This document shows, piece after piece, positions 41,105 through 49,959 of a stretch of 64,000 nt of DNA; position 1 is the stretch's first letter, and every line of letters begins with the position of its first letter. Position numbers and translations under genes: made by a program. This stretch comes from Fimbriimonas ginsengisoli (GTDB taxonomy: Bacteria > Armatimonadota > Fimbriimonadia > Fimbriimonadales > Fimbriimonadaceae), in contig JACOSL010000039.1 of NCBI GenBank assembly GCA_016179045.1, positions 45,439 to 109,438 of the forward strand, written 5' to 3'. The notes beneath the pieces were generated by a model. The model saw only the letters and a list, made by a program, of their open reading frames with translations. It ran no database searches and was not told the origin of the DNA.

Positions 41105-41530
41105 GTGAAGCTATCGACCAGCGCCCAATGGCAACTCTTAGCCATCCTCCTCTTCGCGGTCGCGCTGGCATTCAGCTGGGGAAGGATCTTCGGCCATCGG
41201 GCATGGGCTCAAGGGACATCGACGGTGCTTGGGCACATCGACGATATCCAAGCGTCGCGGAGGGTGCGGGTGATCCGGTATTCGTACGTCGTCGACGGCA
41301 AGTCTTATAAAGGCGAGATCACGGACCGGCACGCGTTCATATCGAACGTGCCCGCCATGGTCACCTATGCCACCAGCGATCCGTCAGTTTCCACCTTGCA
41401 GCCGGAACAGATGGACGCGCTGTACCGAAACAGTCTGATCGTGGTCGGCATCTGCGCTCTGCCGATGCTCTGGTTGTGGGCGGCGGGGATCCGGAACCTG
41501 CTGCGACGCCCGCCGCCCTCCGAGACGTAA
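41105..41530 (+). CDS. DUF3592-like membrane protein
   Basis: N-terminal TM helix, a beta-rich core (GHIDDIQASRRVRVIRYSYVVDGKSYKGEI) and a C-terminal TM helix, matching the DUF3592 layout. GTG start. Confidence 0.55.
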   Translation: MKLSTSAQWQLLAILLFAVALAFSWGRIFGHRAWAQGTSTVLGHIDDIQASRRVRVIRYSYVVDGKSYKGEITDRHAFISNVPAMVTYATSDPSVSTLQPEQMDALYRNSLIVVGICALPMLWLWAAGIRNLLRRPPPSET

Positions 41531-41541
41531 GAGGGCCACGA

Positions 41542-41994
41542 TCAGGTCTGGGTCTTGGAGGGTGGGCTGAGCAGCGCGGCGTTGGCGAACACCATTGAAA
41601 TCAGGATCGTGGCGAGATACACGATGGTCAGCGGCCGGCTATCGGGGACGTAGAGGTCCCCTTCGCCGCCTCCAGACCACACCAGCGTGTTACAGATCAG
41701 GGCAAGGGCGAGGAGAACGATGGATGCCGCGGCGATGACAGCCAGACCGGTCTTGCGCGCGTCGGGCCTGGTGGACCAGTCGCCCTCGCCAGGCGCGGCT
41801 ATCCTGCTTCCCGCCGAGTTGTAGCTCAGCAAGCCGCAGAACACGCCGAGGACGAACCAGATCGCGTAAGTCAGCACCGGGCTCTTCCATCGCAGCGGCG
41901 TCACATCGACAAGCGACGACACCAACACCCCGATCAGGTCGAAGGCGATTAGGTAGCCCAGCACGATGAGAGCGCATTGGGCCAGTTTCTTCAC
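41542..41994 (-). CDS. hypothetical four-TM membrane protein
   Basis: The start is set at the GTG at 41994 (VKKLAQCALIVLGYL...). The upstream 109 codons of the track ORF overlap the bPH gene in another frame and are Arg/Gln-rich with no family match. Confidence 0.5.
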   Translation of the reverse strand: MKKLAQCALIVLGYLIAFDLIGVLVSSLVDVTPLRWKSPVLTYAIWFVLGVFCGLLSYNSAGSRIAAPGEGDWSTRPDARKTGLAVIAAASIVLLALALICNTLVWSGGGEGDLYVPDSRPLTIVYLATILISMVFANAALLSPPSKTQT

Positions 41995-42011
41995 TAAGGC
42001 GCAATCCCCGC

Positions 42012-42362
42012 CTAGCGCGACTCGATCGCCTCGACGACCTTGTCGATATTCATCGCGCCGTAGTCGAAGGCGTGCTTGCTGCCATCGGTCAAGGTGAGGG
42101 TGGCCCTCTTGCTCAGCAGCTTCTTTGTCACCTCGACGCCCTGGATATCCTTCTTTTCGATCTCCAGGTATCCCTCGCTGCCCCACTTGATGAGCACCGC
42201 TTCGGCGACGATGCCCTTGAAGCTGGCATCGAACATCGCGTCGTACAGCAGTCGTTTGTTGGTGACCGTGAGCTTGCCGTTGTACTTGCCTCCGTTGGGC
42301 GGGAGATAGAAGAGGGTCCAAGTGCCGATATTGGTTTCTTCGGGTTGAAGAGTGATGTTCAT
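42012..42362 (-). CDS. small PH/GRAM-like (bacterial PH) domain protein
   Basis: ATG at 42362 (MNITLQPEETNIGTWTLFYLPPNGGKYNGKLTVTNKRLLYDA...). The GxLxxTNxRLxF pattern is typical of GRAM/bPH beta-sandwich domains. Confidence 0.55.
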   Translation of the reverse strand: MNITLQPEETNIGTWTLFYLPPNGGKYNGKLTVTNKRLLYDAMFDASFKGIVAEAVLIKWGSEGYLEIEKKDIQGVEVTKKLLSKRATLTLTDGSKHAFDYGAMNIDKVVEAIESR

Positions 42363-42459
42363 GTTGGGTCCCTGAGTCGGGGCATTATACACACGCACCC
42401 CGCCAGATAGAGTCCGCCCCGAGGCTGCCACCTCCCTCAGGCTGCTGAAACCGTGAGCC

Positions 42460-43410
42460 TCACGTGGCCCCGATCCACCCAGCGGCCTTCGCGAACAGAC
42501 CTCCCTCGTCGAATCCGTACACGTGGTGCAGCGCCGCATCGACGGGCTTGCCCTTAACGAGAGTCATCAGAACGTCCATCCAACGCGAATGATCGGGGAG
42601 AGCCGTGAGAAGGTCTACGAGCCCTTGGTCGGCGGCAAGGGAATGCAGGTAGCCCACCAGCACCGTCGCCTGGTCGTAAGCCGCCCCGACGCCCTCCAGG
42701 TTGGCAGGGTCGCGCCGATCCACTTCGAACGCCCCGCCCATCTGGAGCGGGCTTAGCCATTGCCCGCGCTGCACGGTCTGCTTTGCGGCCCGGGCCACTA
42801 CGCGACCTTCCATCAGGCACGCGATGCCTTCATCCAACCAGTGTGGAGCCAGCTTCTGGCCCATGTTGAGCACAACCACGTGGGCAAACTCATGCGCGGC
42901 GACCCTGGATAGCTCGGCCGGATCGGCACACACCACCTGGGGCAGGCAAATCTTGTCGTAAGGAACCTTGTCGACGCAGTAGCCATATCGCGAGTCGTTC
43001 CAGTCCGCGTCGGCCTCGGCGACGAGTACGGTGGCGAGGGTCGATTCGTGACGGTCCCACTTGAGGCGCGTGGAAACGGCGGAGGCCGCCTCCAACACCG
43101 CCTGTCCGGCGGCCGCGTGGTCGGGCACTTCCTCAGGAACCCACTCGAACTCGAGCCAAGACGCCAGCCTATAGCGCCGGCTCGCCCTACGCGTTCGGGC
43201 TTCGCCCTCGATCAAGCGATAGGTTCGCAGGAGCGATCCGTGGTAGGCGCCCGCCGAGGGCCCGGCGATCTCGAACGCGCCCTCCACCTTGTCCTCGTAG
43301 TAGAGCTCCATCGCCGCGCGCCATGCGGTTGCTCCTGGGTCGAGATCTAGGTGGACGCCGGCAATGGACCCCAAGCTTGCCATCGGTATATGTTGAACCA
43401 AAGAAGGCAT
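42460..43410 (-). CDS. Peptidase_MA_2-like putative zinc metallopeptidase
   Basis: AAHEFAHVVVLNMGQKLAPHWLDEGIACLMEG gives HExxH plus a downstream WLxEG glutamate (gluzincin pattern). The start is either 43410 or the ATG at 43383. Confidence 0.6.
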   Translation of the reverse strand: MPSLVQHIPMASLGSIAGVHLDLDPGATAWRAAMELYYEDKVEGAFEIAGPSAGAYHGSLLRTYRLIEGEARTRRASRRYRLASWLEFEWVPEEVPDHAAAGQAVLEAASAVSTRLKWDRHESTLATVLVAEADADWNDSRYGYCVDKVPYDKICLPQVVCADPAELSRVAAHEFAHVVVLNMGQKLAPHWLDEGIACLMEGRVVARAAKQTVQRGQWLSPLQMGGAFEVDRRDPANLEGVGAAYDQATVLVGYLHSLAADQGLVDLLTALPDHSRWMDVLMTLVKGKPVDAALHHVYGFDEGGLFAKAAGWIGAT

Positions 43411-43461
43411 CGAGCTTTCGCTCCGTCATGCCAGCGGGGGCATGGCGAGGGGCGTCCGGGC

Positions 43462-44649
43462 TCATGCAGGCTCCACGGGAACCGTGGCCCGCCTCAGCAT
43501 CGGCCCGACTGTAAGTCCCTGCACCACGATCGAGAAACCGACGACCACGAACGCCACCGCCACCACCGTATCGCGCTGAGGCAGACCGGCGGGAATGCCG
43601 AGCGCGAGGCCGAGGGCGAGCGCCCCGCGCAACCCGCCCCACACGAGCACCTTCTGATCCGCCCAGCCGATGCGGTGCCCGCCCCTGGAAAACAGCGCCG
43701 CCGAGCCGACAACCGCCACCGCCCGCCCGAACAGCACCAGCCCAATCGCCACCGCCCCATCCAGCCACACCAGGTGGTACGGGGCATGGGCCAAACGCAA
43801 CCCCATCAAAAGAAACACAAGCGAATTGGCGACGAAGGCGGCGAACTCCCAAAACGTCTCCGCGTCGTCGCGCCCCTTCGCGGTGAGGCCGCGCAGGGGG
43901 CCGTAGTTGCCAATCACGAGGCCCGCGCAGAGGGTGGCGAGCACGCCGGATAGGCCAAGGCGCTCGGCGAGCAGGAACGATCCGAAGGCGGCGACCGCGC
44001 TGAGGCAAATCTCGACCAGATGATCCTCCGCCCGCCCCATGAGGGTTACGCACGCGAACCCGACCGCCAGCCCCACCGCGATGCCGCCGATCGAAATGAG
44101 GGCGAAGGATTGAAGCGCCCCCGCCACACTGAGCGATCCACCCGCCGCGACCTGCAACGCCACCACGAAGAGGGCGGCGGCGGTGCCGTCGTTGAACAGG
44201 CTCTCGCCCTCGAGCAGCAGGCGCAGCCGGCCCTCGACTCCCCGCTCCTTCATCAAAGCGATCACGGACACCGGGTCGGTGGCGGATATGAGAGCGGCAA
44301 AGAGGGCGGCCGAGCGCCAATCCCAATGCAACAAGAACGCGAGCCCAAGCGCCACGACCGCGGTGGCGACAAATAGGCCGAGGGTGGCCATCAGCGTGAT
44401 GGGGGCGAGGTTCGCGCGCAGGCGGTCCCAACGCATGAGGAACGCGGCCTCGAACACGAGCGGGGGCAGGAACACGAGGAAGATGAGGTCTTTGGTGACG
44501 CTCACCCCCGCCGCGATGGGGGAAAAGGCGAGGGCGATCCCCGCGACGAGCAGACCGACGGTGTAGGATAGGCGCAGCCGGCGCGCGAGGATCGCCACGA
44601 GAGCGGCGACCAGCAAAAGCAACTCGCCTCTCACGACCGCCTCGCCCAT
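43462..44649 (-). CDS. nhaP: cation:proton antiporter (CPA1/NhaP-type Na+/H+ exchanger)
   Basis: About 11-12 TM helices with FNDGTAAALF and ISATDPVSV-type CPA1 motifs. Confidence 0.85.
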   Translation of the reverse strand: MGEAVVRGELLLLVAALVAILARRLRLSYTVGLLVAGIALAFSPIAAGVSVTKDLIFLVFLPPLVFEAAFLMRWDRLRANLAPITLMATLGLFVATAVVALGLAFLLHWDWRSAALFAALISATDPVSVIALMKERGVEGRLRLLLEGESLFNDGTAAALFVVALQVAAGGSLSVAGALQSFALISIGGIAVGLAVGFACVTLMGRAEDHLVEICLSAVAAFGSFLLAERLGLSGVLATLCAGLVIGNYGPLRGLTAKGRDDAETFWEFAAFVANSLVFLLMGLRLAHAPYHLVWLDGAVAIGLVLFGRAVAVVGSAALFSRGGHRIGWADQKVLVWGGLRGALALGLALGIPAGLPQRDTVVAVAFVVVGFSIVVQGLTVGPMLRRATVPVEPA

Positions 44650-44732
44650 GGCTGATTCTGAATCACGACGCCGCGGCCGCGCCAGAACAATCGTATCGGG
44701 CAGGTGCGTCCTCGCAGCAGGAGAGAGCTGTC

Positions 44733-46304
44733 ATGAAAAACCTGCTTCGTTGCGCCGGAATCGGACTTGTGGCCTGCGCCAGCGCCCAGCACCTAGAGCG
44801 CGCTTACAACCGCGATACGGTCGGAGAGTTCAAACTCAAGTCAATTCAGAGCGACGTGCTCGTCATGGGGCCGATCGTCAAAACTCAGACCAATTACGCC
44901 TTCGAGAACCCCTTCAACAAGCTGACGGAGGCGTCGGTGTGGTTCGACCTGCCGCAACCGGCCGTGCTCGGCGGATTCGGCTATTGGTACAAGAATGAGT
45001 TCGTTCCCGGTGTGCTCATGGACAAGAACCAAGCGTGGTTCATCTACACCGCGATCACGAGCCGGAATGAGGACCCGGGGATCATGGTGCAGACGACGCC
45101 GAGCAGCTACCACGCTCAGATCTATCCGCTCGCCGCGGGTTACGATTTCCGCTATCAGCTGTCGTCGATCGGCATACTCGGATCGAGTCACGGCGAATTG
45201 ATCGTGCCGCGAGCGCAAGGCAAGGACGGGATTGCCCCTGTCGTCAACGTCCACTCTTCTCAGCCCGGCGAAATCGAAACGAAGGCGATCGACGAAGTGC
45301 TTCAAACGCTGATTCACCGGCCGCGAGACCCGGTCTTGGACGCGCAGATCTACGCACAACGCTTCAAGGACGGCTACACCTACGTGGCGGGCCTAGTCCG
45401 AACGGACGCGCCGGACGCACCGCACATCGTGCGGGGAATCCACAACGTGTACTGGGCGAGGCCAGAAACGGGCGACACCAACGGATCGGTGAAGTATTTC
45501 TTCGGGCGGCAGCGCCAACCTGGAGATCTGCACATCACTGCGGGTAAGGGCGAAAGCACCCCCCGAGTCTCCTTGGTAAAGCAGGTGAAGGGCACCGAAT
45601 CCGGCGGAGATGCGGCCAAGCTGTGGGCGCACCAGAAACTGGTTCAGGACGAATGGAGAAGGCGCAAAGACGTGCTCCGCTTTAGCCTCAAGTATCAGGT
45701 GCCCTCGACTCAGACCGCGCTGCTCGCCGTTCCGCAAGAGCAAATGATCCGTTTCAAGCGGCTTGCGGCGGAATACAGGCGCAAGCAACGCGAAGAGGCG
45801 CGCTGGCGGCGCAAGTGGGACAACCAGAGGCCGCTCAATTGGAACCGGTCCCGGGGGGGTGACCCCGAGATTCGCGTGCTCCTGCCCGGCGCGATCTCGG
45901 CCTACGCGCTGCTCCCCGACAGACGTCGATTCGAGCTCAGAAAAGACGCGGACGGGTATTGGGGCGGCAACTTCGACATTCCCGCCGATGCGCCCGAAGG
46001 CCAGTACATGGTCCGCGCCATCGGGCTGAAGAGCGATGGCCAAAAGGTTGAGCGAGACATCCGCTACACAGTGGATCGAACCCCGCCAGCGGGCAAACTG
46101 TCCCTCGAAGCCGGGTTCTGGGTGGTGAGATCGGAGCCGGCGTTGGCCCGAGCAACGATGGTCTGGGGAGACGGCACGGAGGAGGACCTCGTCGAAGTCG
46201 ATCCGGGCCTTTACAAACTGCCGGTAGGATTCCGCCGACCTGTGAAGGTGGTCTTATTCGACCAAGCGCACAACCACCGCGATGTGGGATGGTCGCCGCG
46301 CTAG
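44733..46304 (+). CDS. secreted VIT (vault/inter-alpha-trypsin) domain protein
   Basis: Signal peptide MKNLLRCAGIGLVACASA. The VIT-like N-terminal beta domain reads SIQSDVLVMGPIVKTQTNYAFENPFNKLTEASVWFDLPQPAVLGGFGYW. There is no obvious vWA MIDAS motif. The C-terminal part is Ig-like and beta-rich. Confidence 0.6.
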   Translation: MKNLLRCAGIGLVACASAQHLERAYNRDTVGEFKLKSIQSDVLVMGPIVKTQTNYAFENPFNKLTEASVWFDLPQPAVLGGFGYWYKNEFVPGVLMDKNQAWFIYTAITSRNEDPGIMVQTTPSSYHAQIYPLAAGYDFRYQLSSIGILGSSHGELIVPRAQGKDGIAPVVNVHSSQPGEIETKAIDEVLQTLIHRPRDPVLDAQIYAQRFKDGYTYVAGLVRTDAPDAPHIVRGIHNVYWARPETGDTNGSVKYFFGRQRQPGDLHITAGKGESTPRVSLVKQVKGTESGGDAAKLWAHQKLVQDEWRRRKDVLRFSLKYQVPSTQTALLAVPQEQMIRFKRLAAEYRRKQREEARWRRKWDNQRPLNWNRSRGGDPEIRVLLPGAISAYALLPDRRRFELRKDADGYWGGNFDIPADAPEGQYMVRAIGLKSDGQKVERDIRYTVDRTPPAGKLSLEAGFWVVRSEPALARATMVWGDGTEEDLVEVDPGLYKLPVGFRRPVKVVLFDQAHNHRDVGWSPR

Positions 46305-47155
46305 CGGCGACCCTGTTGATCTCGGCGCCCACTCGCCCGCTAGTTGAAATCGGGGTATTGCAGGGTGCCGGCCTCCCGTGTGCGCGCGTGCATGGAATCG
46401 CTCGTTCGGGTTCGAAGTGGCTCGTTGGCGGCCTTCAGGGCCTGTTCCTCGGACAAAAGGGCGACTGGAAGAGGGTCAGCCAGCAGGCCGTTCGGCAGAT
46501 CGTTAAGTTGAAGGGCGACTGCTGGGTTCTGTACGGCGGAGGCAGCGTCGACAAGGTGGTGCTTTCCTCGGATCGCCTGTATTACGACGTGTTTCAGGAT
46601 GGAGTGAAGCGCCCGTTTGCATCTTCGCTCGCGGTCGAGGGTTCCACTCTGCTTTGCGGCTCCCTCGGAGGGTGGTTCGAGCGCGGGCCAAGGCGGTCGA
46701 TGGAGCGCTATTTGAAGGAAATGGGCCGACAACCGGTCACCGCGTTGGCAAGAACTCCGACGACCACATGGCTCGGGACTCAGAATGGCCTGTTTATCGT
46801 ACGTCGTGGCAAGACCACTCGGCTTGGCCTAGGGGCAGGCTTGCCCGATCCATGGATCACGGCGCTCGCGCCCTTTGGCGACTCGGTGCTCGCGGGTCTT
46901 TCCGATGGCGGCTTGGCGCTCTGCAAGGCAAGTGCTGTCCGCATGGTCTCGAGCCCCTCCAAGTCGGTGAGATCGCTCCTCTCCTGGAAGGGCCTGCTTG
47001 TCTTGGGCGCGCTGGATGGCTCATGGGTGAGATCGGGGCGAAACTGGTTTCGGCTGGCGAACTCGGAGTGCACTTGCCTTACCGCGGTCGGCTCGGAACT
47101 GCTGGTCGGGACGCCTACCTCCGTGCATCGCTTCTCCGTTGCCCCGAAGGCCTGA
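46289..47155 (+). CDS. hypothetical repeat protein, beta-propeller-like
   Basis: Overlaps the VIT gene by 16 nt. It has repeated G-x-x-x-GL motifs (GGLQGLFLG, TQNGLFIV, LSDGGLALC, ALDGSWV) resembling Reg_prop-type blades. Weak assignment. Confidence 0.4.
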   Translation: MVAALAATLLISAPTRPLVEIGVLQGAGLPCARVHGIARSGSKWLVGGLQGLFLGQKGDWKRVSQQAVRQIVKLKGDCWVLYGGGSVDKVVLSSDRLYYDVFQDGVKRPFASSLAVEGSTLLCGSLGGWFERGPRRSMERYLKEMGRQPVTALARTPTTTWLGTQNGLFIVRRGKTTRLGLGAGLPDPWITALAPFGDSVLAGLSDGGLALCKASAVRMVSSPSKSVRSLLSWKGLLVLGALDGSWVRSGRNWFRLANSECTCLTAVGSELLVGTPTSVHRFSVAPKA

Positions 47156-47254
47156 GCCGCGCAGAAGCCCCTGGTCCGGTGAATGACCGTTCGGCCCCCT
47201 CAGCCCGGGGTAGACGGGACCACTCTGCCGCAACCGGGATACAGTAGTCCAGAG

Positions 47255-48529
47255 ATGGGCGCTTTGCGGGGCACAGCAGGGGCGAGGAAGCGGGTCGTCA
47301 TCGTCGGAGGCGGCTTCGGCGGGCTTTACGCGGCCAAGGCGCTCGCGGGCAAGCCGGTCGACGTGCTCCTCATCGACCGGAATAACCACCACGTTTTCCA
47401 GCCGCTGCTGTACCAGGTCGCGGCGGGCGGGCTCTCGCCTGGGCAGATCGCGGCGCCGCTGCGCCACATCTTGCGGCGCGCTTCCAACATCGAGGTGCTT
47501 CTCGCAGAGGTCGCGGGCTTCGATCTGGACGGACGGACGTTGAGGCTAAAGGATGGCGCGGAGGTGGCCTACGACGCGCTCATCGTGGCGGTGGGGGCGC
47601 GGCACGCGTACTTCCACCACGACGCGTGGGAGGCGCACGCCCCCGGCCTCAAGACTCTGGAGGACGCGATCGAAATGAGGCGGCGCATCCTCACCGCCTT
47701 CGAGGAAGCCGCGCGCGAAGCGATCTTAACGGGCAAGGCGGAGCCGCTCACCTTCGCCGTGATCGGGGCGGGTCCGACCGGGGTCGAACTCGCGGGGGCG
47801 ATCGCCGACATCGCGCGGCGCATCGTGGCGGGCGACTACAAGGCAATCGACACACGCAAGGCTCGCGTTTTGCTCCTGGAGGGCTCGGACAGAGTGCTGC
47901 CAACCTTTCCCAACGAGCTTTCGATCAAGGCGCGTCGGCAACTGGAGGAACTGGGCGTGGAAGTGCGAACGAAGGCGCTGGTCACCGAAGTGGAGGCGAG
48001 GCGCATCCAGGTGGAAGGCGAGTGGATTCCGGTTCGGGCCGCATTGTGGGCGGCGGGGGTGGCCGCCTCGCCATTGGCGTCGCAGCTTGGCGCGGAGCTC
48101 GACGCAGCCGGTCGGGTGCTGGTGCAAGCCGACCTGAGCCTGCCCGGCCACTCCGATGTGTTCGTTATCGGCGACCTTGCCGCCCTGCGCGACGCGCGGG
48201 GTGTAGCGGTGCCGGGCATGGCTGCGGCGGCGGTGCAAATGGGACGCGCGGCGGCGGCAAACGCGCTCCGTCACCTGGACGGGGAGCCGGGAAGAGCCTT
48301 CATCTATAAGGACAAGGGCTCGCTCGCCACCATCGGTCGGAATCGGGCGGTGGCGCAGATCGGGCGCTGGCGGCTGTCCGGCCTGGTCGCCTGGCTCGTC
48401 TGGGCGCTCGTTCACGTGTCCCTGCTGATCGGTTTCGGCAACCGGGTGCGGGTGATGGGTGAGTGGATCTGGGCCTACTTCAAGCGCGAGCTGAGCGCCG
48501 GGCTGATAACGGGTGACAGGCGGCAATGA
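47255..48529 (+). CDS. ndh: type II NADH:quinone oxidoreductase (NDH-2)
   Basis: RVVIVGGGFGGLYAAK, a second dinucleotide fold FAVIGAGPTGVELAG, VFVIGDLA and a C-terminal membrane-anchoring helix. ATG at 47255 is preferred over the track start. Confidence 0.85.
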   Translation: MGALRGTAGARKRVVIVGGGFGGLYAAKALAGKPVDVLLIDRNNHHVFQPLLYQVAAGGLSPGQIAAPLRHILRRASNIEVLLAEVAGFDLDGRTLRLKDGAEVAYDALIVAVGARHAYFHHDAWEAHAPGLKTLEDAIEMRRRILTAFEEAAREAILTGKAEPLTFAVIGAGPTGVELAGAIADIARRIVAGDYKAIDTRKARVLLLEGSDRVLPTFPNELSIKARRQLEELGVEVRTKALVTEVEARRIQVEGEWIPVRAALWAAGVAASPLASQLGAELDAAGRVLVQADLSLPGHSDVFVIGDLAALRDARGVAVPGMAAAAVQMGRAAAANALRHLDGEPGRAFIYKDKGSLATIGRNRAVAQIGRWRLSGLVAWLVWALVHVSLLIGFGNRVRVMGEWIWAYFKRELSAGLITGDRRQ

Positions 48530-48531
48530 CT

Positions 48532-49017
48532 TTAACCACCGACATCCACGCCGTCAACGAACATCCCGTATGCCGACGCCGACAAGGTGACTTCGGCATA
48601 CAATCCGCCCGTATCCTTCCCGCTCTGGTCGAGGAAGTAGCGCGCGTCGAGGACCTGGGTGGCCGCAGTCTTCAGCTCAACCATCCGAGAACCCTGTGGG
48701 AGGAGTATCTTGACCGGACCGAGGGTGAGTCGGTCGTGCATCTCCTTGGCAAGGGTTGCGGTTTGGGGGCCCATCTTGAATACAAGCACCAACTTATCGA
48801 GGAGCTGCAGTCCCCCGCCGCGCCCGTCTCGAAAACTCTTCAGTGACACTTGAAAGTCAGTTAACGGTACTTGAACGGTCCCGCCGAAGATAGCAATCGC
48901 TTCTCTTGGCCGCACGAGTGGCGCCACGGTGGGAGGGGCGACGCGAACCTGTCCCCCCGAAGCGCCGACAAGACCCAGAATCAGTGCCGGAATGAAGAAG
49001 GCGTAGAGCTGTCTCAT
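48532..49017 (-). CDS. hypothetical secreted protein
   Basis: Signal-like N-terminus MRQLYAFFIPALILGLVGASG. No recognisable family. Confidence 0.45.
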   Translation of the reverse strand: MRQLYAFFIPALILGLVGASGGQVRVAPPTVAPLVRPREAIAIFGGTVQVPLTDFQVSLKSFRDGRGGGLQLLDKLVLVFKMGPQTATLAKEMHDRLTLGPVKILLPQGSRMVELKTAATQVLDARYFLDQSGKDTGGLYAEVTLSASAYGMFVDGVDVGG

Positions 49018-49152
49018 GCACTAACAGACGGGGCGGCTTGCGCGTCGAGTCGGCTACTGTCGTTGCACGTAGACACGCATTCGGTCGGCCCACGTCCAAC
49101 GTTACAATGGGTTGCAGGGCCTGCATTGGTGGTCCTAGGTTGGGAGGAAACG

Positions 49153-49659
49153 ATGAAAACACTCAGATTCGGTTTCGGTCTTGCCGCGCTAGTCGCGGCT
49201 GCTCTTGTGCTGGTCGCGTTATCGAGCGGGCCTGTGCTCGCCAACAAGGGCGCCACTTTCCATGCGTCGCCTGTCGATCCGGCCGCCCTGAGCGCGGTCG
49301 TCAAGAGCAGCACCACGAACAATTGGGGAACCCAGGCAATCGAAACGGTCCCCCTCTACACTGTGCCGTCGGGCAAGCGCCTGGTGGTCGAAACGATTTC
49401 GGGAACCGCGCATGGCGTGACCGGCCTGTCCTTGTCGACTAGCTTCGACACTAGATTGGATGGAGCCTGGAGCTATACCGGCGTCGTTTGGCAAAGTCAA
49501 GGCACGATTGGAAACATGTCTCGGTTCGCCTTCAACCATCCAGTTAGGCTCTACGCCGATGGCGGAACTCCGGTGAGCTTTGCGATCATGCGGAGCGATA
49601 CTTCGATCACGGGCGGGAGGACGATCGGCTTTTCGGGGTATCTGATCGACAAGCCGTAG
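49153..49659 (+). CDS. hypothetical secreted protein
   Basis: ATG at 49153 with GGAGG 6 nt upstream. Signal peptide MKTLRFGFGLAALVAAALVLVALSSGPVLA. The remainder is beta-rich with no recognisable family. Confidence 0.55.
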   Translation: MKTLRFGFGLAALVAAALVLVALSSGPVLANKGATFHASPVDPAALSAVVKSSTTNNWGTQAIETVPLYTVPSGKRLVVETISGTAHGVTGLSLSTSFDTRLDGAWSYTGVVWQSQGTIGNMSRFAFNHPVRLYADGGTPVSFAIMRSDTSITGGRTIGFSGYLIDKP

Positions 49660-49691
49660 GCACGATGGCCTTGCATAGCTGCACGGGCGAG

Positions 49692-49833
49692 GCGCCACCC
49701 CCCGGTTCGGCTTCCGCCTCACCGACCCCCGCCGCTTGCGGCAGGGGTAGTCCATTTATCCTTGGGTCGCTCGCGCCGTCCCGGCGCTCGCTCGCCGTTT
49801 CCTTTGCGGACGCCATCCATGGCGTCCCTCGAA
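49692..49833. repeat. copy B of the three-hairpin interspersed repeat
   Basis: H1 is CCCCC-GCCG[CTTG]CGGC-A-GGGG (about 49726-49747), H2 is GCGCCG[TCC]CGGCGC (49773-49787) and H3 is GGACGCCA[TCCA]TGGCGTCC (49808-49827). It shares the leader GCCACCCCCC with copy A. Confidence 0.75.
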
Positions 49834-49959
49834 CCAGCCACGCGAGACGTTCCGATATCCCATCACGGCGTTGGTTGGAGAAAGCGTGGCCTTCCCCCTG
49901 CCCGAAAGGAAATTTCCTCCTAGCAACGCAAAGCCATCGCAAAAGCGAAGCGAAGGGAT

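Noticed and set aside
40987-43460. Integrated prophage or genomic island at tRNA-Arg
   Set aside because: I found no integrase, no phage genes and no direct repeat of the tRNA 3' end on either side. Only compositional and functional hints of accessory DNA remain, and these are reported as findings.
43187-44431. 414-aa minus-strand ORF
   Set aside because: It is an alternate frame over nhaP and the peptidase gene junction and is extremely Arg/Gly-rich. The nhaP frame is a coherent transporter.
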